64,000 bases of DNA from Ranitomeya imitator (taxonomy: Eukaryota). Location of the stretch: the NCBI RefSeq assembly GCF_032444005.1, contig NC_091290.1:10726001-10790000 (forward strand), written 5' to 3'. Shown here one piece after another: positions 50,302-60,661 of this stretch; positions within the stretch are counted from its first letter, which is position 1, and each line of letters starts with the position of its first letter. The notes under the pieces were generated by a model that saw only the letters and a list, made by a program, of their open reading frames with translations, had not been told where the DNA came from and ran no database searches. The translations under genes were made by a program, and so were the position numbers.

Positions 50302-51645
50302 GCGAGTGGGCAGTTTAGAGTGGAGTGAATGGGCAGATCGGAGGGGAGCGAGTGGGCAGATCGGAGGGGAGCGAGTGGGCAGATTGGAGGAGAGCGAGTG
50401 GGCAGATCGGAGGGGAGCGAGTGGGCAGATTGGAGGCGAGCGAGTGGGCAGTTCGGAGGGAAGAGAGTGGGCAGGTCGGAGGAGAGCGAGTGGGCATATC
50501 GGAGGAGAGCGAGTGGGCAGATCGGAGGGGAGCGAGTGGGCAGATCGGAGGAGAGCGAGTGGGAGATCGGAGGAGAGCGAGTGGGCAGATCGGAGGGAAG
50601 CGAGTGGGCAGATCGGAGGGAAGCGAGTGGGCAGATCGGAGGGGAGCGGGTGGGCAGATCGGAGGGGAGCGGGTGGGCAGGTCGGAGGGGAGCGAGTGGG
50701 CAGGTCGGAGGGGAGCGAGTGGGCAGGTCTGAGGAGGGGAGCGAGTGGGCAGGTCGGAGGGGAGCGAGTGGGCAGATCGGAGGGGAGCGAGTGGGCAGAT
50801 CGGAGGGGAGCGAGTGGGCAGATCAGAGGGAAGCGAGTGGGCAGATCGGAGGGGAGCGGGTGGGCAGATCGGAGGGGAGCGGGTGGGCAGGTCGGAGGGG
50901 AGCGAGTGGGCAGGTCGGAGAGGAGCGAGTGGGCAGATCGGAGGGAAGCGAGTGGGCAGATCGGAGGGGAGCGGGTGGGCAGATCGGAGGGGAGCGGGTG
51001 GGCAGGTCGGAGGGGAGCGAGTGGGCAGGTCGGAGGGGAGCGAGTGGGCAGATCGGAGGGGAGCGAGTGGGCAGGTCGGAGGGGAGCGGGTGGGCAGGTC
51101 AGAGGGGAGCGAGTGGGCAGATCGGAGGGGAGCGAGTGGGCAGGTCGGAGGGGAGCGAGTGGGCAGATCGGAGGGGAGCGGGTGGGCAGGTCGGAGGGGA
51201 GCGAGTTGGCAGATCAGAGGTGATCAGAGTGGAGTGAGCAGGCAGATCGGAGGTGAGAGGTCAGGCAGATCAGAGTGGAGCGATCGGACAGATCAAGGGT
51301 ATGGAACGGGCAGATAGGAGGGGAGCGATCGGACAGATCGGAGGGGAGCGAACGGGCAGATCGGAGGGAGGGGTAGGGCAGATCGGAGGGGAGTGAGCGG
51401 GCAGATCGGAGGGGAGCGAACGGGCAGATAGGAGGGGAGCGAATGGGCAGATCGGAGGGAGGGGTAGGGCAGATCGGAGGGGAGTGAACGGGCAGATCGG
51501 AGGGAGAGGTAGGGCAGATCGGAGGGGAGTGAACGGGCAGATCGGAGGGAGGGGTAGGGCAGATCGGAGGGGAGTGAACGGGCAGATCGGAGGGAGGGGT
51601 AGGGCAGATCGGAGGGGAGTGAGCGGGCAGATCGGAGGGGAGCGT
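50302..51645. repeat. Purine/G-rich 22-23 bp minisatellite (GGGCAGATCGGAGGGGAGCGAGT)
   Basis: Tandem units visible; alternating about 45-bp dimers after about 51280. Confidence 0.95.
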
Positions 51646-52541
51646 CAGCCATTGTATCAGCAGGAATGCTGCGGCTGACATCTTGGTTTTCTGTCTGACT
51701 CCATTGTTTAGATAGGGCCGTACAAGTCGTTACAGAGCCGCGGTCTTTTCACTATTGTCATCACGTCTTTCGTGTTCCTCGCACTTTCGCATAGATTTTA
51801 CTGTCGCTCCTGTGACAACTGGAAGGGAATGAATCCGTTCTTCTAAGCTAATACAATTTGCTACAAATTTTCACACAAAATTTGGATTCTGATGGTCGAC
51901 GATGTTGGTCGCGCTCCAACATGTGACCGTGTGAGGCCTGGTCACTGGAAAGACACCGGAGAGGTACGAGGGGAGCGGGCCGAGGAAGAGAAGAGATTAC
52001 CATTTTATTTAACTCTTCCTGCCAGATTAGATTCCCGCTGAACTCATCTCTGACCCCTGAAATGAGCGAATCTGCAGAATTAAATTTCGCTCAACCCTAG
52101 TTCCATCATATCTGAAGAAGCGTCTCCATACAGCCGGGTAACGATGGGTCCGGGACATGAGCCGAAATGCACAGCCCCAATATCCTCTAATGTGAACATG
52201 GCCGAGGCCACGGCCGTCTCCCGGCAGAGCGAGGGCCGATCCCCAGAGCCGGGATTGCGTCCTTCAGCATGAAGCTGCGCTGTATATAGGTGGTCCGGCG
52301 GGCAGGACACAACAGAAGTGGTCAGCGCCTTCCAGTGCCACATCCTTTAACCTCTGCATTACATTTTTGGAATGGCAGCTCAGATCCAATGAAGTGAATA
52401 GTTTTTGGAGAAATAATTCACGCTTTCGCTGCCTGCACCACCCCTTTAAGATGGAGGTATTGTAGGATCCTCATGGTGCTCCAAACCCAGTTGAGTTTGA
52501 GTCCAGAATAATAATGGCTGGGATGCAGAGCATTTTTGTTT

Positions 52542-52573
52542 TGCAATACAGGTTTGATCCTGTAGGTGGCGCC
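52542..52573 (+). promoter_or_regulatory. CTCF motif, core plus upstream module
   Basis: TGCAATACA-ggttt-GATCCTGTAGGTGGCGCC. Confidence 0.6.
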
Positions 52574-53948
52574 CAAGCTCCACAAAACAAACAAACAGCT
52601 GGGCGCAGCTTAGCAGGATGTGCTGTTGCATGCTGACACCTACTGGACACATTCCGGTACTGCAGAACACATCTGCCTTAGCACAAATAAAGACCAATTC
52701 ATCATCTGCATTCCTTTATTTAGTTACTTTTCTTTTTTCCTTTTTTTATTGTTTTGCCATATTTGTTGACTTTTTTTGCATCAAATTCTGCAAAATATCC
52801 TGAATTTTGTGCAAAATTAATTATTTCTTTTTTTGTCTACAACCTTTTTTTTCTATTTTTTCACTCCATAGAAGTGAGAAACTGGAGTATATTTGGGTTA
52901 AAAAAAAAAAAAAAAAAAATCACCATTGATGAATCAACTGAAAAAAACAAAAACTGGAAAACACCAAAACTGACTAAACACCAACTATATATAGACAAAG
53001 AAGGTGCAAGTCCATTGATTAAACTTTATTCTCAGGATCTTTGGGGGTCCCAGTGATTGGACCCCCAGCAACGATTGAGTGAGTTCACATCCTGGTGATA
53101 CGCCATCACTAACTGATGCAGGAACACCCCTTTAAGGAACGTTAATATTTTCCCAGAGCTCTGTTCTAGCCCTATCTGGTGGGCAATGACGCAATCAGTC
53201 GGGGGTCCCCCTCATCAGGTCTGTCGTATGCACAGGATATCCACCTTCAGCAAGACCCCTAAATCATGTGCAGAAATCATCGCACTTGGCCAAGATTCAT
53301 TATTAGGTGGCTAAAAGCAAACAACTAAAAATGTATAAAAATGGGGTAAAGTCCATGGATGCAGCCGGCGAGTAATTAATCACATGTGGGCAAAGAAAGT
53401 TCCGTTTTTGTTTTGTTGCCTTGGAGACCGACCACCGCCTGATAGACGGCACAACATGTGTAGTATTTACACGCTATTTTTTTCACTGTTTTGAAGCCGG
53501 TGGGTTTCGCCGTTACCTCCTAATCCCAGCAATGCTGGCAAGCTATAGACAGCAGCGGTGGTCGGTCTCCTAGGCAACAAGCTGTAAACACAAATGTTAA
53601 TCTCATGAGATCCGCTGCAAATTTTAATAGGCAGGAAAATGCAAAAGTGCTCGTTTTTACAAGAACTATTTGACAATATCCATCTGTTATGGGGGGGATG
53701 GCAGCACAAACTACAAGTCTCAGCAAGCCCTGACTTCTTCACAGGAGGTCCTTCAGGTTCTTGGTGCGCTCAGGTTTCGGCGTGGACCTTCAGGAGGTTA
53801 CGGCTCGTTATGGACTGTGACACTTGGGGTACGGCTGCGTCACCAGCAGCATTTTCAGTCCTCATCTTTCTGCACTGGACTCGGTCATGGCTCCGGGGCC
53901 GGGCCAGCACCCGCACAGTAGGAGGATCCGTTGTCAGCGCTGCCCAGA

Positions 53949-54017
53949 TCAGAACGAGAGTCCGGAGGCTTCATAGGTCACGGAGAAGTCGGGCTGAACG
54001 TTCAGAATGGAGCAAAC
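53949..54017 (-). CDS. lto1: LTO1 coding exon 5 (22 aa plus stop)
   Basis: ctgcag|GTT; VCSILNVQPDFSVTYEASGLSF*. Exons sum to 50+106+71+118+69 = 414 nt = 137 aa plus stop. Confidence 0.95.
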   Translation of the reverse strand, partial: VCSILNVQPDFSVTYEASGLSF

Positions 54018-54519
54018 CTGCAGGAGCAAAGCTCGAGTCACAACACAAGCTGCAAATATTGTAGGACCATCGTAGACCCCCTTTAACCTCCCCGCTACTT
54101 CCTTGCAAGAAACCATTTTTCTTTTAACAATGCTTGGACCTCAGTGCTACACGGCAGAGCCGAGGAAGCCCCCTCTACAATATGGCACCTTACAGACCCC
54201 CGCAGCACCACGGGCTCCGCATGATACTCCCCAGCTGCACCGGATCAGAGGACCCTCCGACCCATAATGGGTTATCACATTGACCCTTCATGACCGCACA
54301 GAGTAACTTTATGTGTCGGGGAGGAGCTCAGGAGCTGCGTTACACAGCCGGCACCTGCCTGTAACAGCAGCGATCAGAGCTCCAATCGCTGCCGTTTAAC
54401 CAGTTAAATGCCGCTATCAAGTGCAGAGGGAAGGGAGATTAAAAAAGTGAAAAATTAAAAATCAATAAATAATAAACACATAAGTCTGAATCTACTTGCT
54501 TTTCCCAATACAAAGAAAA

Positions 54520-54523
<4 letters not shown>

Positions 54524-54596
<73 letters not shown>
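54524..54596. repeat. (AT)n microsatellite in lto1 intron 4
   Basis: About 36 AT units. Confidence 0.98.
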
Positions 54597-54601
<5 letters not shown>

Positions 54602-54993
54602 TACAATCAAGATATAAAAAAAAAATAATTGAGAGGTATAGGTAAAAAAAAAAAAAGTAATAATGGAGAAATCCGCCCCTGGAATCGAGATGATCCGCCC
54701 CTGGAAAAAAAAAAAAGGCTCAGACCGTCGTCTGTACCCTAAAATGATAGCGATAAAAGAGTCAGCTCGCCACACAGAAAAACAAACCCCAAACAACAGC
54801 TCCATCGATGGGAGAAAAAAGAAAAATGTTCCGGTGATGCCATAATCATACCGACCTGGAGAATCACCATACAAAAAAAAATGGCGCAGAGAAAAACGAC
54901 AATAATAAAGGGTGGATTCGGAATGTTCTGACGGAACTTCTCGGAGCGTCACTTATAGAAGGAGGACGAGCGCAGGAGCCCCCCGACACTCAC

Positions 54994-55111
54994 CTGCTTC
55001 ACTTTCCCCCGGACCCTGGACAGGTCGTCCTGGAGCTTCTCATTAGTGGGGTCTTCTGTGGGGAAGCTCTGAATCATTTTGATCAGGGAATCCAGGATCT
55101 TTATTTTTTTT
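54994..55111 (-). CDS. lto1: LTO1 coding exon 4 (118 nt)
   Basis: ttacag|A; KKIKILDSLIKMIQSFPTEDPTNEKLQDDLSRVRGKVKQ; donor CAG|gtgagt. Confidence 0.95.
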
Positions 55112-55194
55112 CTGTAAGAAATGGAAAACAATATAAAATCAGAATTGACTAAATCGTAAATGGCAGAATAGCAGCGAGTAATTGGCCATAAGTA

Positions 55195-55502
55195 GCGATG
55201 AGCGAATATACTCGTTACTGGAGATTTCTCGAGCACGCTCGGGGGTCCTCCGAGTATTTGTTAGTGCTCGGAGATTTCGTTTTCATCGCCTCAGCTGAAT
55301 GATTTACATCTGTTAGCCAGCATAAGTACATGTGGGGGTTGCCTGGTTGCTAGGGAACCCCCACATGTTATGAAGCTGGCTAACAGACGTAAATCATTCA
55401 GCTGAGGCGATGAAAACTAAATCTCCGAGGACTAAATAAATACTCGGCGGACCCCCGAGCGTGCTCTGGAAATCCCGAGTAACGAGTATATTCGCTCATC
55501 AC
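55195..55502. mobile_element. Palindromic MITE flanked by TA, in lto1 intron 3
   Basis: TA|GCGATGAGCGAATATACTCGTTACT ... AGTAACGAGTATATTCGCTCATCAC|TA; arms pair almost to the centre. Confidence 0.85.
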
Positions 55503-56622
55503 TAGTCATACGTCTATATAAATGTCAGACGCCCAGGAGTCGATCAGCCGATTGAAGGCAGAGGACAGCGCCCTCCATTGTGTGGTGGCTGCTCGTGGTA
55601 CTGCAGCTCTCAGCCACTACACTGTATACGGGGCCGTCCCTCCAATCAGTTGATCAATGTATCATCAGAAAGTGACTTATTGTGCCGAAATCTAAAAAAG
55701 TAAAAAAACAACCGAAATCGGATGGACACTAAAAATTGATTGTATTTTGGTACCGAGTTAGCCAGAAAAATCTACGCCCAAAAGGTAAAAAAAAAAGTAA
55801 GACTGATACCTTTATTGGCTAACCAGAAAAATGATACGTACATGCTTTCAGAGCACAGAGGCTCCTTCATCAGGTGGGATGATGTCACAGCTCACCTCCT
55901 CCTCCTCCTCCTGTACAATGACCTGACAGGTCGCAGAGCATGCCCAGAATACTCCCACATGGAAGTCATGCTGATGGCTATGGCTGTGACACGGACAAGG
56001 ATGGCAGCACAATGCTCCTGACTGGCCGGCAGCTCTCCCGGGCCGAGCGTGACAGCATGTGCTTCTATGCAGCCGTCACGTTCAGGTAAGGAGAGCCGCC
56101 AGCCAGTCCGAGCACCGTGCTGTGATCGATCGTCGCCTGTGTTATACGGCCGGGTGACTCTTCCCTAAATGGAGTTAATAGAACATTGAGCAAAACAGAA
56201 AATAGAATGAAAAAAAAAACCAACACAATAAATCAGAAAATGAAAACAGATTTGGAAATAAGAATATTAGCGTTGAGCAAAAACATCTGCAGGACCCCGG
56301 TCCAGAGCAGACGTTGTCGGCAGCCTGTGGCCGCCAGACCAGGGCCACGAGAACGTCCTTCACCGTCACACGAATGCCAACCTCGGGAGGTTTCTTGTGA
56401 TTACTCGGCCCCCCGCGATGTCGTGACCAGGTGCCGGCATTCGAGCGCTGGTTGACGACATCGGTCCTCACGACCCTTGTCCGGTCACCAGACTCATTAG
56501 ATGGGATCACGGCCCTGCGAATGTTCATACTCAGCTCTAAAGAACGTGTGTGACGGAGAGTAAATGATAATACACGAGACATTTAGGACCACCAGCAGCA
56601 CCGCCACGGCCCACGGGCTCAC

Positions 56623-56693
56623 CTCTGCTTCTCATCGGTGGTGGGCAACAGGAGGAGTCTCCACGTGGACGCAAATCCCAGATAACAACCGAG
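56623..56693 (-). CDS. lto1: LTO1 coding exon 3 (71 nt)
   Basis: ttccag|CTC; LGCYLGFASTWRLLLLPTTDEKQ(R); donor AG|gtgagc. Confidence 0.93.
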
Positions 56694-56970
56694 CTGGAAA
56701 ACGCCAGAAATGATAAGATTAACTGACAACCCTCCTCAGATCCATCATTACCTGACACTAAACATCACGGCAGAGGAAAAACAGAACGACCAAAACACTA
56801 CAAGCACCAAACGGTGAAGTGATAACATCGACTATCAGGCAACAACGGCGCCAGTCAGCGGAGAGAGATATAAGGCAGCAAGGGATCGGTCAGATCTCAA
56901 AGAGGAGGCAGGAAAAATGAGCAAGCGGCAAAATGTGATGGCTCCATGGCTGAGTCAGAGCATCTCTAAA

Positions 56971-58308
56971 ATGGGGTGTTCACGGTATACGGCAGGTCTT
57001 GTGGGGTGTTCCCAGTATACGGCAGGTCTTGTGGGGTGTTCCCAGTATACGGCAGGTCTTGTGGGGTGTTCCCAGTATATGACAGGTCTTGTGGGGTGTT
57101 CCCAGTATACGGCAGGTCTTGTGGGGTGTTCCTGGTATACGGCAGGTCTTGTGGGGTGTTCCCAGTATATGGCAGGTCTTGTGGGGTGTTCCCAGTATAT
57201 GGCAGGTCTTGTGGGGTGTTCCCAGTATACGGCAGGTCTTGTGGGGTGTTCCCGGTATACGGCAGGTCTTGTGGGGTGTTCACGGTATACGGCAGGTCTT
57301 GTGGAGTGTTCCTGGTATACGGCAGGTCTTGTGGGGTGTTCCCAGTATATGGCAGGTCTTGTGGGGTGTTCCTGGTATACGGCAGGTCTTGTGGGGTGTT
57401 CCCAGTATATGGCAGGTCTTGTGGGGTGTTCCCAGTATATGGCAGGTCTTGTGGGGTATTCCTGGTATACGGCAGGTCTTGTGGGGTGTTCCCAGTATAT
57501 GGCAGGTCTTGTGGGGTGTTCCCAGTATACGGCAGGTCTTGTGGGATGTTCACGGTATACGGCAGGTCTTGTGGGGTGTTCCCAGTATATGGCAGGTCTT
57601 GTGGGATGTTCACGGTATACGGCAGGTCTTGTGGGGTGTTCCCAGTATATGGCAGGTCTTGTGGGGTGTTCCCAGTATATGGCAGGTCTTGTGGGGTATT
57701 CCTGGTATACGGCAGGTCTTGTGGGATGTTCCCAGTATATGGCAGGTCTTGTGGGATGTTCACGGTATACGGCAGGTCTTGTGGGGTGTTCCCAGTATAC
57801 GGCAGGTCTTGTGGGGTGTTCCCAGTATACAGCAGGACTTGTGGGGTGTTCCCAGTATACGGCAGGTCTTGTGGGGTGTTCCCAGTATATGGCAGGTCTT
57901 GTGGGATGTTCACGGTATATGGCAGGTCTTGTGGGGTGTTCCCAGTATATGGCAGGTCTTGTGGAGTCTTCCCAGTATATGGCAGGTCTTGTGGGGTGCT
58001 CCTGGTATACGGCAGGTCTTGTGGGGTGTTCCCAGTATATGGCAGGTCTTGTGGGATGTTCACGGTATACGGCAGGTCTTGTGGGGTGTTCCCAGTATAT
58101 GGCAGGTCTTGTGGGATGTTCACGGTATACGGCAGGTCTTGTGGGGTGTTCCCAGTATATGGCAGGTCTTGTGGGATGTTCACGGTATACGGCAGGTCTT
58201 GTGGAGTGTTCCCAGTATATGGCAGGTCTTGTGGGATGTTCACGGTATACGGCAGGTCTTGTGGAGTGTTCCCAGTATATGGCAGGTCTTGTGGGGTGTT
58301 CCTGGTAT
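56971..58308. repeat. 30-bp tandem array (GGGGTGTTCCCAGTATAYGGCAGGTCTTGT), about 44 copies, in lto1 intron 2
   Basis: Exact 30-nt period. Confidence 0.98.
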
Positions 58309-58404
58309 GTGTGTAGTAGTTAGTATCTACTAATCTACCAAAATTGGTCCAAGGATGGGAGATGGTTTTAATATTATGGCTAACCACAATATATTGCAAT
58401 ACGG

Positions 58405-58735
58405 AGACGCACAGGCGCAGGGGATGCACAGGCGCGGGGGACGCAGAGGTGCGGGGGACGCACAGGTGTAGGGGTCACACAGGTGTAGGTGTAGCACAGG
58501 TGCGGGGCACAGTAGACGCAGAGGCGCGGGGGTCGCACAGGTGTAGGTGTTGCACAGGTGCGGGGGACGCACAGGTGTAGGGGTCACAGGTGTAGGGGTC
58601 GCACAGGTGTAGGTGTTGCACAGGTGCGGGGGACGCACAGGTGTAGGGGTCACACAGGTGTAGGGGTCGCACAGGTGTAGGTGTTGTACAGGTGCGGGGC
58701 ACAGTAGACGCAGAGGCGCGGGGGGCGCACAGGTC
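58405..58735. repeat. Degenerate about 16-17 bp minisatellite (gcacaggtgtaggggtc)
   Basis: Tandem variants visible. Confidence 0.8.
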
Positions 58736-59072
58736 AGTCTCTGTACTGTGGACGCAGTGAGGCAATGATGTAGTGACAGATAACGCTGCAGGAGGCGCCG
58801 ATGTCTCGGAGAGGCTGTAATGAGCAGAGGGAACGCTCTGTCCTGGTGACGCGTCCAGACCTGGTGTCAGCACTAAACCTGAAGTCATAAGACCAAAGGC
58901 GATAGAGGAAATGACTGGAGAGCAATCACTGCCCCAGGAGCTAAATATATCACTGGAGGTGTGATCACAGATAATGGGAGTAGTAGTGCTGGATGACAAC
59001 ACGGATTAGTGGCACCCGGTGACACAGAAATGATGTGACACGTATCGATCCCTCGGAGCCGCGCGCCTTTAC

Positions 59073-59178
59073 CTCAGATCCAGCTCTCGCCCCATACATG
59101 GCTCCATATTGCTTCCCCTCCGTCTCACCGATGTGTTTTCCTTCAGCAAATCCTTCTTCATATCCTTCCCCTCGGTAT
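59073..59178 (-). CDS. lto1: LTO1 coding exon 2 (106 nt, Gly-x3 repeat region)
   Basis: ctgcag|A TAC; YRGEGYEEGFAEGKHIGETEGKQYGAMYGARAGSE; donor GAG|gtaaag. Confidence 0.95.
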
Positions 59179-59347
59179 CTGCAGGCGTCACAAGACAAAG
59201 ATCAGATAAACTGCTGAAAATCTAGGAAGGTTTCATCAACCCCTGACGTGGGATATCAGGGACCCCCCAAGTGCCTGACAATAAAGGGGTCCAGGGCGTG
59301 GGTTACTAATGCGGCCCCTTGTAAGAAAGCTGCAGCATGTAAGGGCA

Positions 59348-59844
59348 TGAAGACACAAAAGAGCATAGTAGAACCAAAAACACTCATTTTCAAAAAATCA
59401 CAGTAATCCGCAAGTGCTAGTAAAAAGATGTAAAAAACAGGGTATTTGGTTGATACGTTTTTTGCAAAAAATGTATACTAAGCTGCTCTACCAAACGTCA
59501 AGGTATACCCATATCAGAGCAGTCCTAACTGATGTATGCAATCCCTATCTGATGTATTTAAAAACCTGATCATCTGTATAATACCTGTGTGAACAGGGTT
59601 CAGAGAGGAAAAGTCCATGTGGACATGCTGAGTGGAACATCAGATAGGGATTGCATACATCAGTTAGGACTGCTCTGATATGGGTATACCTTGACGTTTG
59701 GTAGAGCAGCTTAGTATACATTTTTTGCAAAAAACGTATCAACCAAATACCCTGTTTTTTACATCTTTTTACTAGCACTTGCGGATTACTGTGATTTTTT
59801 GAAAATGAGTGTTTTTGGTTCTACTATGCTCTTTTGTGTCTTCA
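59348..59844. repeat. 208-bp inverted repeat with 81-bp spacer in lto1 intron 1
   Basis: Arms 59348-59555 and 59637-59844 are reverse complements with no mismatch seen by eye. Confidence 0.92.
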
Positions 59845-60661
59845 AGTTTCTTGGTGGTGTGTGAGCATGTTCCTACAGACTTGTTCACTGTGCGAGTAGC
59901 CCATGTGTTCCTGTTTCCAGCATGTAAGGGCATGTAGGCTGCAGTTTGCTCCAGAGCAGCGCTCTTGGTCACCTGACTGTGGAGAGCAGTGGGCCGCATT
60001 CACTTACATGAGCATGAACTCACCAGCCGTACAGGAGAGGGATCTGACAGTAAACCAGCGCTGCATTCTCAGAAATGGTAATAATATCCTGTAAGAAGAA
60101 AGGACTGGGCATATCTAAAATCCAACATGCCTGATCCTTCATTCACAAGATCACCTGAGAGCCATGACACCACCGTCAGTTGTAATCGGCAACTTCAGTG
60201 AACTTTGGTCTAATGTTTAAGGAGCTGATGTAATTGCAGCAAACCCCCAGCTGGAAAAAGAGGTACTGCCAACATTTCTACCAATGAAGTGAATGGAAAG
60301 TGTGTGTAACAGTGCGGGGTCACACGGCAGAGATATGCAGCGTCACCTGACTCATCACATTACACAGCTCCTATAGAATGCAGCCGTCGCTGGGCACGTA
60401 AGACGTGTGCAATGTGCGGAGCGGAGCCGCACGTCCGGGTCTGCAGAGCAGCAGGAATAGATCTGCAATGTAATGGAGGTTTCTGGCTTCATGAAAAGCA
60501 CAGAATAAGAGATAAAGTGCTGATTACTAGGGGGTCCGACCGCTGGAACCCCCACAACCTGGCTACGACAGGGGATGCTGCGCATGCGCCCAATCACTGT
60601 CTGTTGGATGCGAGTGCAGCTCTCTTCTAACAGGGGGCTCTGGAGTCCCATTATGGGCATC

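Noticed and set aside
52030-52080. Alternative candidate for the lto1 last exon (ctgcag|ATTCGC...TAA)
   Set aside because: The peptide is unrelated. The exon at 53949-54017 matches the expected ...LNVQPDF...GLSF C-terminus.
55890-55975. Exon-like segment ending GAG|gtgag on the minus strand in lto1 intron 3
   Set aside because: No similarity to LTO1, and the five identified exons already give a complete 137-aa protein.
56917-58429. Repeat-protein-like ORFs (10-aa repeats)
   Set aside because: The 30-bp array is open in several frames on both strands and lies inside lto1 intron 2.
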